Of a DNA stretch of 64,000 nucleotides, positions 10,111 to 19,750 are shown in pieces. A model generated the notes under the pieces. That model ran no database searches. It was not told where the DNA came from and saw nothing but the letters and a program-made list of their open reading frames with translations. The stretch lies in the sequence record DRR378314_1069, one strand, 5' to 3'. The position numbers and the translations under genes were made by a program. Within the stretch, counting starts at the first letter, position 1; each line of letters opens with the position of its first letter.

Positions 10111-12426
10111 GTGACCAACAGAGCAAACCAGCACGCCCACCTTCCGACCAAAGATCAGGTTCGGGAATTCATAACGTCCAGCAATCACCCCGTTGGAAAG
10201 CGGGAGATTGCCAAAGCGTTTGGAATTAAGGGCTCGGATCGAATTTACCTCAAGCAAATGCTCAAGGAGCTGCTTGAGGAAGGCATCATGGAAAAAGGGC
10301 ACCGCAGATCCATCAATCCTGCGGGCACTTTACCGCCTGTCCTGATCATAGAAATTGCCAGAATTGACGATCAAGGGGAGGCCATTGCCAAACCGGTTAA
10401 GTGGGATGATGATGCCCCACCGCCAGTAATTTTTGTGAACAATAAAATCGGAAACCGCAAAGGCCCAGCCCCCGGTGTGAGCGATAGATTGCTGGCCAGA
10501 GCGCACCGCCAACCCAACGGGCATTATGAAGCCAAAATCATACGCCACCTAAAGGCCGCGGAAGGGCCGGTTTTGGGTGTTTACACTCAGACAGGAAATA
10601 ACGGGCGGGTTCAACCAACAGACCGTAAAAACAAAAAAGAAATTGTCATTCTGGACGAATATTCCAAGGGTGCTCAATCCGGGGAAGTTGTGATCTGCGA
10701 GTTGTTACCGGGTCGGCAATTTGGTCTTCCAGAAGGCAAAGTCACTGAACGCCTGGGCCAGATGGGGGATGCAAAATCGATCAGCACGATCGCGATACAC
10801 ACCCATGGCATTCCCCACGAATTCAGCGAAGCGGTGCAAAAGGATGCTCTAAAAGCCAAACCGGTCACCCTTGGCAAACGAACCGACCTTCGGGATCTGC
10901 CAATCCTGACCATCGACCCGGCGGATGCACGGGATCGGGATGATGCGGTATGGGCAGCGCCAGATACGGATCCGGAAAATCCCGGTGGCTGGCAGGCGAT
11001 TGTCGCTATCGCTGACGTGGCTCATTATGTCCGCGCTGGATCTCCTTTGGATGCCTCAGCGATCGAACGGGGTAATTCTGTCTATTTCCCCGATCGGGTG
11101 GTCCCCATGCTGCCTCACGAACTTTCCAGCGACCTGTGCTCCTTGCATGATGGTGTGAACCGCCCGGTTATGGCGGTTCAGATGTGGTTCGACAAGGACG
11201 GGAACAAACGCCGCCACAAATTCATGCGGGCGCTTATCAACTCTGTCGCATCCCTCACCTATCGTCAGGCGCAGGATGCCCATGAGGGTCACCCGGATGA
11301 CCAGACAGAACCCCTAACGCCAGTCCTCAACTCACTTTTCGAAGCTTACAGTGCACTCAAAAAAGCGCGGGACAAACGTGAACCGCTGAACCTTGAACTG
11401 CCTGAGCGGAAAATTGAACTAAACGACGATGGCTTCATCAAGGCTGTCACCAAGAAAACCCGCTTCACAGCCCACATGCTGATCGAAGAATTCATGATCC
11501 AGGCAAATGTCTGTGCTGCAGAAACCCTGATTAAGAAAAAACGCCCCTGCATGTTCCGCGTTCATGAGCCACCTGATCAGGAAAAACTGGAAGGACTGAA
11601 GGAAACACTGTCCGAGATGGATATCAGTTTTGCCAAAGGTCAGGTCATGAAAACGGCCACCTTTAACCGGATCCTGTCGCAAGCCAAAACGGAGACGGAC
11701 AAAGAACTGGTGAGCAGTTTGGTGCTCAGGTCCCAATCCCAGGCAGTCTACAGCCCAGAAAACAGCCATCACTTTGGTCTGAACTTAAAAAACTATGCCC
11801 ATTTCACATCTCCGATCCGGCGCTACGCAGACCTTCTGGTGCATCGTAGCCTGATTTCTGCGCATGGATTTGGCGATGATGGCCTGTCAGATGAAGTTGC
11901 TGATAATTTTGATGCGATTGGCGAGCAGATTTCCAACCTGGAGCGCCGGGCGATGCTGGCGGAGCGACAAACCCTGGATCGGTTTACTGCCGTCTATCAT
12001 GCCAATCAGGTGGATAAGATCTTTGAAGCCAAAATAACCGGAGTTACCCGGGCAGGCCTTTTTGTCTCGTTAGAGCCGACGGGCGGCGACGCCCTGGCCC
12101 CGATCTCGACCTTGGGCCATGACTTCTTCGTGTATGACCAAGACCGCCACAAATTGATCGGTGAGCGGACAGGTGTTGTTTTTCAGCTTGGCAATAAAAT
12201 CATGGTCCGCCTTAGGGAAGTGAATATCCCGACCGGCAGCATGATCGTTTCTGTTGAAGAGGGTGATGGCGGTTCAGCCTTTGATGCCAAGGCGAGAGGC
12301 AAATCCCGCAAGTCCGCTCCCCGTGGGCGCAAAGCAGCAGCTGACCCTTCACGGAAACCGCGAAAGAAAAAAACCATGCCAAAAGGCAAAAAACGGGCGC
12401 TGCAGCGCAAAGCTCAAAAATCCTGA
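10111..12426 (+). CDS. rnr: Ribonuclease R
   Basis: RNB motifs TIDPADARDRDDAV and YAHFTSPIRRYADL, an S1 domain and a basic C-terminal tail; GTG start. Confidence 0.95.
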   Translation: MTNRANQHAHLPTKDQVREFITSSNHPVGKREIAKAFGIKGSDRIYLKQMLKELLEEGIMEKGHRRSINPAGTLPPVLIIEIARIDDQGEAIAKPVKWDDDAPPPVIFVNNKIGNRKGPAPGVSDRLLARAHRQPNGHYEAKIIRHLKAAEGPVLGVYTQTGNNGRVQPTDRKNKKEIVILDEYSKGAQSGEVVICELLPGRQFGLPEGKVTERLGQMGDAKSISTIAIHTHGIPHEFSEAVQKDALKAKPVTLGKRTDLRDLPILTIDPADARDRDDAVWAAPDTDPENPGGWQAIVAIADVAHYVRAGSPLDASAIERGNSVYFPDRVVPMLPHELSSDLCSLHDGVNRPVMAVQMWFDKDGNKRRHKFMRALINSVASLTYRQAQDAHEGHPDDQTEPLTPVLNSLFEAYSALKKARDKREPLNLELPERKIELNDDGFIKAVTKKTRFTAHMLIEEFMIQANVCAAETLIKKKRPCMFRVHEPPDQEKLEGLKETLSEMDISFAKGQVMKTATFNRILSQAKTETDKELVSSLVLRSQSQAVYSPENSHHFGLNLKNYAHFTSPIRRYADLLVHRSLISAHGFGDDGLSDEVADNFDAIGEQISNLERRAMLAERQTLDRFTAVYHANQVDKIFEAKITGVTRAGLFVSLEPTGGDALAPISTLGHDFFVYDQDRHKLIGERTGVVFQLGNKIMVRLREVNIPTGSMIVSVEEGDGGSAFDAKARGKSRKSAPRGRKAAADPSRKPRKKKTMPKGKKRALQRKAQKS

Positions 12427-12451
12427 TCGGCCAAATACATCGCGATAGGAT

Positions 12452-12470
12452 TTGCGGCACAATGTCGCAA
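12452..12470. promoter_or_regulatory. RegA/PrrA/RegR-type binding box
   Basis: TTGCGGCACAATGTCGCAA equals GCGGC-N5-GTCGC. A weaker GCGAC-N5-ACCAC lies near 12485. Confidence 0.6.
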
Positions 12471-12544
12471 CGCCTTAAAATTAAGCGACAAATAACCACT
12501 TGATGGTATTGTGGCTGATATCTGGAAAACGTGATGGTGATGGA

Positions 12545-12943
12545 ATGAGTGAAGAAAGACCTTTTGGTGCTTCTTTTTTGAGAGGCTTGCGGAAAAAATG
12601 CCCCCAATGTGGTGAAGGGCGCGTTTTTAACGGCTATATCAAGGTGAAACCCGTTTGCGACGTCTGCGGGCTTGAACTTCATCATCAGCGTGCGGATGAT
12701 GCTCCTCCTTACTTCACCATGCTCATTGTCCTTCATTTTATTGGATCTGGTATTCTGACAACACAGCAGGTTTTCGACTGGCCCAACTGGGTCCATATGT
12801 CTATCTGGATTCCAGCAGCAACGATTGCCTCGCTTCTATTGCTACCGCCGATCAAAGGGGCGTTAATTGCCATTCAGTGGGCCCGCTACATGCATGGCTT
12901 CAGTGGTGAGAAAGAGGGATATTCAGCACAACAAATTGATTAA
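12545..12943 (+). CDS. DUF983 family Zn-ribbon membrane protein
   Basis: CPQCGEG...CDVCG, ADDAPPYF, two TM helices and KGALIAIQW. Confidence 0.85.
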   Translation: MSEERPFGASFLRGLRKKCPQCGEGRVFNGYIKVKPVCDVCGLELHHQRADDAPPYFTMLIVLHFIGSGILTTQQVFDWPNWVHMSIWIPAATIASLLLLPPIKGALIAIQWARYMHGFSGEKEGYSAQQID

Positions 12944-13020
12944 TCAAATCGTTTGACCGCCAACTACTGGACTTCTGATTTCAAAGGGGGCATTCTTGTA
13001 TAAAAACAAGGAAACCTTCG

Positions 13021-13740
13021 ATGGAAAACAAAAAAAAGCGTGTCCTGGCTGAAAACCGAACCGACGGAACCAAAGCCCCACGCCCCAAAGACGCATCCAC
13101 AATCATCATTCACCGTCAAAGTGGTTCGCGAACCGAAATTCTAATGGGAGAACGAAGCGCCCGGCACAGCTTCATGCCCAATACATATGTTTTTCCGGGG
13201 GGACGCGTAGATGCAGGTGATGCCCGCATCATTCCAGCAAAAGACTTAAGAGAAGATGTTCTTCATCGTCTTTGCCGGGGTGGCTGCTCACCGGCCAGAG
13301 CAAGAGCCCTCGCCATTGCAGCGATCCGGGAAACCTTTGAGGAAACCGGTCTTCTTATCTCTGCCTCATATGGCGCACCGCGCAAATCCAAGTCGAAAGT
13401 CTGGAATGACTTTGGCACTGTTACGTGCGGCCCGGACCTATCCCGTATGGACTATATTGCCAGAGCGGTAACACCGCCGATGCGGAAAAAACGGTTTAAC
13501 ACCCGGTTCTTTGTTCTTGATGGCACTGAAATAGAGGGTGATCTTGGCGACTCTGATGAACTTCTGGACATGAAGTGGGTCACCCTTTCAGAAGCCCGGG
13601 ATTTGGAAATTCCAGCCATTACAGAATATATCCTTGGCGAGGTAGAGACCTATCTGAAAGAAAAACCCAAGGTGGATGCCACCTATCCGGTTAAGCTTTT
13701 CAAGATGGTCAATGGCAAGCGGGTATATACAACAGAATGA
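13021..13740 (+). CDS. NUDIX hydrolase
   Basis: FMPNTYVFPGGRVD...AAIRETFEETG and TPP..KRFNTRFF motifs. Confidence 0.85.
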   Translation: MENKKKRVLAENRTDGTKAPRPKDASTIIIHRQSGSRTEILMGERSARHSFMPNTYVFPGGRVDAGDARIIPAKDLREDVLHRLCRGGCSPARARALAIAAIRETFEETGLLISASYGAPRKSKSKVWNDFGTVTCGPDLSRMDYIARAVTPPMRKKRFNTRFFVLDGTEIEGDLGDSDELLDMKWVTLSEARDLEIPAITEYILGEVETYLKEKPKVDATYPVKLFKMVNGKRVYTTE

Positions 13741-14375
13741 CTATTCCCGCCCCGTCCACACATCCAGTGAAACCCAGAGATGCTTCCAGCCTGATTATTT
13801 TTGATCAACAGGCAAGCGGAACATATGTCCTAATGGGAAAGCGGGCAAAAGCGCACCGATTTTTGCCCAATGTGTTTGTTTTTCCGGGCGGGCGTGTTGA
13901 TACAACAGACGGATCAATCGAAGCGTTGAAACCACTGCCACCCACCGTCTCTCGCTACCTTTCCAACCCCGGCGATATGTCCCATGCTATCGCCTGTGCC
14001 GCAGCTCGGGAAACTCAAGAAGAAACCGGTCTGATCCTCGGGCAAGAAAAAGATGGAAACTTGAGGCCGGATCTGTCCAAGGTTGAATTTCTGGCAAGAG
14101 CAATAACCCCAGCGCATAATCCGATCCGTTTCAATACCCGGTTTTTAACCGTTGATGCCAATCAGATCAGTGGCGACCTTGCCGGATCCGGAGAGCTACT
14201 TGATCTGCAATGGTTCAAAATTGAAGAGGCGTTGGCGATGCCCCTGGTTGACGTTACGGAATTTGTTCTGGATGTTTTGAAAAATAGACTTTCCTCGCGA
14301 AAATCAGATGATAATATCATCCCTCTTTTCACCTATAGAAATGGAAAGCCATTGATCCGTTGGCTGCCCCATTAG
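13737..14375 (+). CDS. NUDIX hydrolase (paralog of the upstream gene)
   Basis: FLPNVFVFPGGRVD...AARETQEETG and RFNTRF; ATGA overlap with the upstream gene. Confidence 0.85.
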   Translation: MTIPAPSTHPVKPRDASSLIIFDQQASGTYVLMGKRAKAHRFLPNVFVFPGGRVDTTDGSIEALKPLPPTVSRYLSNPGDMSHAIACAAARETQEETGLILGQEKDGNLRPDLSKVEFLARAITPAHNPIRFNTRFLTVDANQISGDLAGSGELLDLQWFKIEEALAMPLVDVTEFVLDVLKNRLSSRKSDDNIIPLFTYRNGKPLIRWLPH

Positions 14376-14384
14376 TCAGCCGAC

Positions 14385-15524
14385 ATGCTCAAGAACAACC
14401 CAATTTATACGATTATTGCTGCGGCAACAGCGATGGGCCTGTCGGTCAGCTTGTCCATCCCATTGGTCAGTCTGGCATTGGAACGGCGCGATGTCGGCGC
14501 TGATATCATCGGCTGGATGGGCGCGTTACCAGCACTCGCTTTTCTCCTTGTCTCCCCTTTGGTGCCGGGACTGGCACGAGCGTTTGGTTCGGGCCCACTT
14601 CTCTGGGGCTCTATCGCGATTTGTAGTGGATCAATTCTCGGTCTCGCGTTCAGCGACAACCTGATCCTATGGTTTTTCCTTCGGCTCCTCATTGGCGTTG
14701 GGATGTCAATTCTGTTTCTGATCAGTGAAACCTGGATCAATCAGGTTGCAAAAGAGGAAACACGAGGTCAGACGATCGGTATATATGTCTCCGTGCTGAC
14801 AGCAGGCTTTGCCACAGGTCCCGTTCTGATTAACTTCCTCGGCTCGGAAGGTGCGTTTCCGTTTGTCGTCTCGGCATTGATTGTCGCATCTTCTGCGCTG
14901 GTTTTCCTGATCTCAAGTCACGATTATCCGACATTTGGTCATAAAAGCAGCTTCTCTGTGTTCTCTTTTGTCAAAGTTGCCCCGGTCATTTGTTCTGCAG
15001 CACTCCTCCTCTCCTTCTTTGATGGTGCGGTAATGACGTTACTGCCCATTTATGGAGTTCGCCATGCCATGACAGAGGGAACGGCTGTGCTGATGACAAG
15101 TATTCTGCTTGCCGGGAATATCCTCCTTCAATATCCGATTGGCTGGATTGCCGATCGGGTTGGTGAAAATCCGGTGATTCTGGTTTGCGGCATAATCGGG
15201 CTCGGAGGATCACTGTTGCTTCCCTATCTGATTAATACGATTTATCTGCTGTGGCCTGCATTACTGGTCTGGGGCGGCGCTGTGGTTGGGACCTATACGC
15301 TTGCTTTGGTCATCATGGGCCGCCTATTCACCGGCGCTGAACTTATTACCGCCAATGCGGCTGCGGGCATCCTGTGGGGCGTTGGCAGCCTTATTGGCCC
15401 CGCAATTGGCGGCTACGCTATGAAAATTTCCACCACCTATGGAATGCCGCTGGTTTTTGCCAGTTTGTGCACTTTCTTCATAGGTCTCAACCTTTGGCAA
15501 CTCCTTAAAAAGCAAGTCGTTTAA
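14385..15524 (+). CDS. MFS transporter (YcaD-like)
   Basis: About 12 hydrophobic segments, with SETWIN and QYPIGWIADRVG motifs. Confidence 0.85.
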   Translation: MLKNNPIYTIIAAATAMGLSVSLSIPLVSLALERRDVGADIIGWMGALPALAFLLVSPLVPGLARAFGSGPLLWGSIAICSGSILGLAFSDNLILWFFLRLLIGVGMSILFLISETWINQVAKEETRGQTIGIYVSVLTAGFATGPVLINFLGSEGAFPFVVSALIVASSALVFLISSHDYPTFGHKSSFSVFSFVKVAPVICSAALLLSFFDGAVMTLLPIYGVRHAMTEGTAVLMTSILLAGNILLQYPIGWIADRVGENPVILVCGIIGLGGSLLLPYLINTIYLLWPALLVWGGAVVGTYTLALVIMGRLFTGAELITANAAAGILWGVGSLIGPAIGGYAMKISTTYGMPLVFASLCTFFIGLNLWQLLKKQVV

Positions 15525-15651
15525 GGGATTATCAAAAAACCTGCGGAATTTTCACTGTTCTGCTTGACTTGACCGTCTAAATCCGTATTTTTCGGGCTTC
15601 ATTGATTAATTCTCCTGCAGATTTTTGCGGTTAGAAGACGGAGTTACTGGC

Positions 15652-15819
15652 ATGGCTAAGCCAACTACGCTGAAAATTAAACTTGTTAGCACTGCTGGCA
15701 CAGGGTTTTATTACGTTACCAAGAAGAACCCACGGACATTGACTGAAAAAATGGTCATGCGTAAATATGATCCAGTTGTCCGCAAGCATGTGGAATTCAA
15801 GGAATCTAAAATCAAGTAA
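15652..15819 (+). CDS. rpmG: 50S ribosomal protein L33 (Cys-free form)
   Basis: [26 protein letters not shown]...[22 protein letters not shown] Shine-Dalgarno before ATG 15652. Confidence 0.98.
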   Translation: MAKPTTLKIKLVSTAGTGFYYVTKKNPRTLTEKMVMRKYDPVVRKHVEFKESKIK

Positions 15820-15862
15820 CCCGTTTCAGAAACGGATTACTTAACAGCTTGTGATTCGACTT

Positions 15863-15892
15863 ACCCTGGCAATTGCCGGGGTTTTGTCTTTT
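15863..15892 (+). terminator. Intrinsic terminator after rpmG
   Basis: ACCCTGGC-AATT-GCCGGGGT followed by TTTGTCTTTT. A second hairpin spans the stop codon (about 15814-15842). Confidence 0.75.
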
Positions 15893-15931
15893 GAATAGAA
15901 AGGCTTTTTGTGTTGAAAAATTGGCGAGGGT

Positions 15932-17296
15932 TCAGGCGGCGGTTACGACCCGGTTCCGACCATCTCTTTTCGCTTGGTAGAGCGCTTCATCTGCGCGCTT
16001 GATCAGGCTGTCCGTCGCTTCCCCGTGCTCAGCCATAGCGACACCGATTGAACAGGTAATCTCAAGGGTTAGCTGCTCTTTTGGCAAGGTGAACGGGCCT
16101 TCCCCAACTTCTTTTCGGAGCCGCTCTGCCACGCCCAGTGCAACGGCCAAATCCGTATCAGGCATTACAACGACAAATTCCTCACCGCCATATCGGCAGG
16201 CCAGATCAATTCCGCGAACACTTTTAATCATCCGACCTGCAAACTGCTTAAGCACTTCATCGCCCACGTCATGACCATGGGTGTCATTTACTTTCTTGAA
16301 GTAATCTATATCCAGAATCAGAATCGAGACGGGCTTATAGTCCTGCAGGACCTTGCTTTGCAGGGTTTCCAGATGGTTCGTCATATAGCGGCGGTTATAC
16401 AGCCCGGTGAGCGAGTCCGTAACGGCCAGTTCCATGCTCCGATGGTAATTGTGGCGCAATCTATCCTGATATTGTTTTCGCAAGACCTGGGTTCGGGTCC
16501 GAACGATCAGCTCATTCTTATCGATGGGCCGCATAACATAGTCATTAACGCCAAGCTCCAGCCCTTTGACAAGCTTATCTGAATCCGCTTCATCCACGAG
16601 GGTCAAAATGGGAAGCTGCCGGGTTTCTTCGAATGTTCGGATGCGAGAGCATAACCGCAACGGATCAAAGCTCGTGGATCCCAAGCTGACAACAGCAAGA
16701 TCGAAATCTCCACCGCGAGCCAGTACCTGCGCCTCATCCATATCAGATTCGATTGTTAAATCATATTGGGCTTCATAAATCTGCCGAAGCTGCTGACTGG
16801 AAAACTCATTGTCATCGATTGCCAGAATGCGGCCTCTGATCTGGTTCGAATTTTCATCCTCATCCGGATTGATAACACCAAGATCAAAACTGGTGGCTTC
16901 GCGAAGACGAAACTCATCCATCATCATTTTAAGCCGCAACAACGATTTAACCCGCGCAAACAAGGCGACATCATCCACTGGTTTTGTCAGAAAATCATCA
17001 GCACCCGATTCAAGCCCCTGCACCCGGTCCGCCGTCTCACTTAATGCCGTCACCATGACAACAGGGATATGGGCGGTCCGAGGATCTTTTTTCAGCCGCT
17101 GACAAACCTCAAACCCATCCATCTGCGGCATCATCACATCCAGCAAAATCAGATCAGGAGATTTGTCGAAAGCCAGTTCTAAGGCGTCATGTCCATTATA
17201 TGCCGTGATGACATCATAATACTCAACCGAAAGCTTGGCTTCCAGGATCTTAACATTGGGAACGACGTCATCGACGACAAGAATTCGTGCAGACAT
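15932..17296 (-). CDS. pleD: REC-REC-GGDEF diguanylate cyclase PleD
   Basis: Active REC (LLDVMMP), degenerate second REC, RGID I-site and GGEEF; directly downstream of divK. Confidence 0.95.
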   Translation of the reverse strand: MSARILVVDDVVPNVKILEAKLSVEYYDVITAYNGHDALELAFDKSPDLILLDVMMPQMDGFEVCQRLKKDPRTAHIPVVMVTALSETADRVQGLESGADDFLTKPVDDVALFARVKSLLRLKMMMDEFRLREATSFDLGVINPDEDENSNQIRGRILAIDDNEFSSQQLRQIYEAQYDLTIESDMDEAQVLARGGDFDLAVVSLGSTSFDPLRLCSRIRTFEETRQLPILTLVDEADSDKLVKGLELGVNDYVMRPIDKNELIVRTRTQVLRKQYQDRLRHNYHRSMELAVTDSLTGLYNRRYMTNHLETLQSKVLQDYKPVSILILDIDYFKKVNDTHGHDVGDEVLKQFAGRMIKSVRGIDLACRYGGEEFVVVMPDTDLAVALGVAERLRKEVGEGPFTLPKEQLTLEITCSIGVAMAEHGEATDSLIKRADEALYQAKRDGRNRVVTAA

Positions 17297-17299
17297 AGA

Positions 17300-17677
17300 T
17301 TATTCTAAAAACTCTTTGACTGTATTGATGAAATTCTCAACTGAGATCGGTTTCGCGACATAGGCTTCACAGCCGCCTTCGCGAATTTTTTCCTCATCGC
17401 CTTTCATGGCAAATGCGGTAACAGCAACCACAGGAATAGACCGAAGATTTTCATCTTCCTTAATCCATTTCGTAACTTCCAGACCAGAGACTTCCGGTAG
17501 CTGAATGTCCATTAAGATCAAATCGGGTTTATGCTCCCGGGCGAGGGAAAGGGCTTCCATACCATCCTTCGTTTGCAAAGTTGCATAGCCATGTGCTTCC
17601 AAAAGATCATGGAACAGTTTCATGTTCAATTCGTTGTCTTCAACGATCAAAACTTGTTTTTTATTTTCAGAAGTCAT
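17300..17677 (-). CDS. divK: Single-domain response regulator DivK
   Basis: [18 protein letters not shown]...[13 protein letters not shown]...[20 protein letters not shown]. Confidence 0.96.
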   Translation of the reverse strand: MTSENKKQVLIVEDNELNMKLFHDLLEAHGYATLQTKDGMEALSLAREHKPDLILMDIQLPEVSGLEVTKWIKEDENLRSIPVVAVTAFAMKGDEEKIREGGCEAYVAKPISVENFINTVKEFLE

Positions 17678-17751
17678 TGGCTAACCGCCTTGCTTTATTA
17701 GATGACATCACAATCCCAGATCACCTTTATATCCTGCACAGTATTTCATAG

Positions 17752-17857
17752 TTAATGCTCACTCAACAGTTAGAACAAATCAGAAATCCCATCGCGAAAC
17801 GAATAAAATGGTAATATCATCACACAGATAACCGAGATATGTTTAACATACAGTTAC
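17752..17857. promoter_or_regulatory. Two CtrA-like boxes in the divK / DUF3572 divergent intergenic region
   Basis: TTAA-TGCTCAC-TCAAC (17752-17767) and TTAA-CATACAG-TTAC (17843-17857); each has one mismatch to TTAA-N7-TTAA. Confidence 0.55.
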
Positions 17858-17888
17858 AAACACTAAAGGTTTTCAGAATAAAATTACA

Positions 17889-18161
17889 ATGAATCAAGAA
17901 CTTGCTGACATAATTTCACTTCAGGCCATAGCCTATCTGCTGTCCGATGAAAAACGGATATCATGGCTCCTTGGGGAGACGGGCCTTGACACGACCGCGC
18001 TTAAAAACGATCCCGGCAATCCGGAAATTCTTGCGGGCATCCTCGATTTCTTAATGAATCATGAAGTTCTACTACTTGAATTCTGTGAACAATATGAAGT
18101 CAATCCTGGATCTTTTCAAAAAATGAGACCTCTTTATCCGGGCTTTAACGAGGGAATGTAA
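17889..18161 (+). CDS. DUF3572 family protein
   Basis: 90 aa; L..TGL...L....P..LAGILDFLM.HE..L pattern; typical position opposite divK. Confidence 0.8.
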   Translation: MNQELADIISLQAIAYLLSDEKRISWLLGETGLDTTALKNDPGNPEILAGILDFLMNHEVLLLEFCEQYEVNPGSFQKMRPLYPGFNEGM

Positions 18162-18164
18162 CTA

Positions 18165-18839
18165 ATGACAGACGGTATTCATGCAGAGGTTCTGCCTCAA
18201 CTTGCAGATCTTAAAATTGATCTGGATCGACCAATGATCATCACTGATGCAGACGAGGTTCTTTTCAGCTTCATGAAGGGGATGGAGCTGTTTCTGGATA
18301 TCAATGATATGTATTTCGATTGGCAATCCTTTGCACTTCGCGGGAACATCAAGAAAAAAGGGGACCACACCCCGATTACTGACGATCAGATTCCAATCTT
18401 GCTGGATCAGTTTTTTCACGATCACGCCGCCGATTTGCCTGCAGTTGAGGGAGCTGCTGAGATTTTGGCCGATCTGAGCCAACATGCACAGGTCATCGTT
18501 CTGAGCAATGTCCCCCCAAAATATGCTGAAAAGCGTTTGGCTGGGCTCAGAAAGGCGGATATGGATTTTCCGTTGATTGCCAATGTTGGAACAAAAGGAC
18601 GGGTCGTCAATTACCTGACCCGGGATCTTAATCACCCTGCTTTTTTCATTGACGATATCCCTCATAACCATGCATCTGTGCTCAAACACGCGGGGCATGT
18701 TCAGCGCCTGCATTTTATCGCTGATGAGCGGCTTGCAAAACTATTGGGTCCAGCGGAGACCAGCACAGCAAGGCTTAATAGTTGGACAGAGCTCTCAGAC
18801 CACATCCTCTCCTTTATACTGGCCAAAGGAAAACAATGA
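18165..18839 (+). CDS. HAD-superfamily hypothetical hydrolase
   Basis: Motif I DADEVL, motif II LSN, motif III K and motif IV FIDD. Confidence 0.7.
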   Translation: MTDGIHAEVLPQLADLKIDLDRPMIITDADEVLFSFMKGMELFLDINDMYFDWQSFALRGNIKKKGDHTPITDDQIPILLDQFFHDHAADLPAVEGAAEILADLSQHAQVIVLSNVPPKYAEKRLAGLRKADMDFPLIANVGTKGRVVNYLTRDLNHPAFFIDDIPHNHASVLKHAGHVQRLHFIADERLAKLLGPAETSTARLNSWTELSDHILSFILAKGKQ

Positions 18840-19729
18840 GATACGGGATCGATTTAGGGGGCACTAAAACCGAGATTATCGCCCTGACCCCAGACGGCCA
18901 GGAAGTCTTTCGAAAGCGCCTTGTAACACCGCGGGGAAATTATGAAGCGATTGTCGAAAATATGACCAATCTCGTTGCGGCGGCTGATGACGCCACCGGC
19001 CAACGCGGAACAATTGGTATTGGCATTCCGGGTGTGGTCTCTCCGCTGACAGGTCTGGTGAAAAACGCCAATACAAATGAGCTTATTGGTCACCCATTGG
19101 ATCTTGATCTTGAAAGACGGACTGGCCGCCCGGTTAAAACCGAAAACGATGCCAATTGCTTCGCGCTGTCTGAAGCCACCGATGGTGCGGGTGAAGGGGC
19201 GGCATCGGTTTTTGGGATAATTATTGGAACCGGTGTCGGTGGTGGCATCGTCATAAATGGTAAAATCCATAAAGGTGCCAACGCGGTTGGCGGTGAATGG
19301 GGTCACACCCCCCTGCCCTGGGCCAATCAGAACGAACATCCTGGTCCCGCCTGCTGGTGTGGTCGCAAAGGCTGTATTGAAACTTTTCTATCAGGCCCGG
19401 GAATGAGCCAGTTTCATAATGCCGTTGGCGCTGATGGCCCGTCAGCCGAGGAAATTGTCAGCCAGGCAAAAAAGGGGGATGCAGCCGCGCTCAAAAGCAT
19501 CAGTATTTACGAACGGCGTTTGGCGAAAGCCCTTTCCGGAATTGTGAATATTCTGGATCCTGAAGTAATTGTCTGTGGCGGTGGGCTTTCCAACATTGAA
19601 CGACTGTATGAAAATGTTCCCAAACTCCTGCAGGAATATGTTTTTTCCGATGGCATCACAACAAAACTGGTGCCCGCCCGATATGGGGATTCTTCTGGTG
19701 TTCGCGGCGCGGCATGGCTTTGGGACTAA
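18836..19729 (+). CDS. ROK family sugar kinase (Mak/fructokinase-like)
   Basis: GIDLGGTK, ENDANCFALSE, GTGVGGG and GEWGH..CWCGRKGCIE motifs; ATG 18836 overlaps the upstream stop. Confidence 0.9.
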   Translation: MRYGIDLGGTKTEIIALTPDGQEVFRKRLVTPRGNYEAIVENMTNLVAAADDATGQRGTIGIGIPGVVSPLTGLVKNANTNELIGHPLDLDLERRTGRPVKTENDANCFALSEATDGAGEGAASVFGIIIGTGVGGGIVINGKIHKGANAVGGEWGHTPLPWANQNEHPGPACWCGRKGCIETFLSGPGMSQFHNAVGADGPSAEEIVSQAKKGDAAALKSISIYERRLAKALSGIVNILDPEVIVCGGGLSNIERLYENVPKLLQEYVFSDGITTKLVPARYGDSSGVRGAAWLWD

Positions 19730-19750
19730 TACACAAGAGTTTTTTCTGAC

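Noticed and set aside
17773..17787. GAAC-AAATCAG-AAAT as a LexA box for the dinB operon
   Set aside because: The second half-site does not match GAAC or GTAC at 7-nt spacing.
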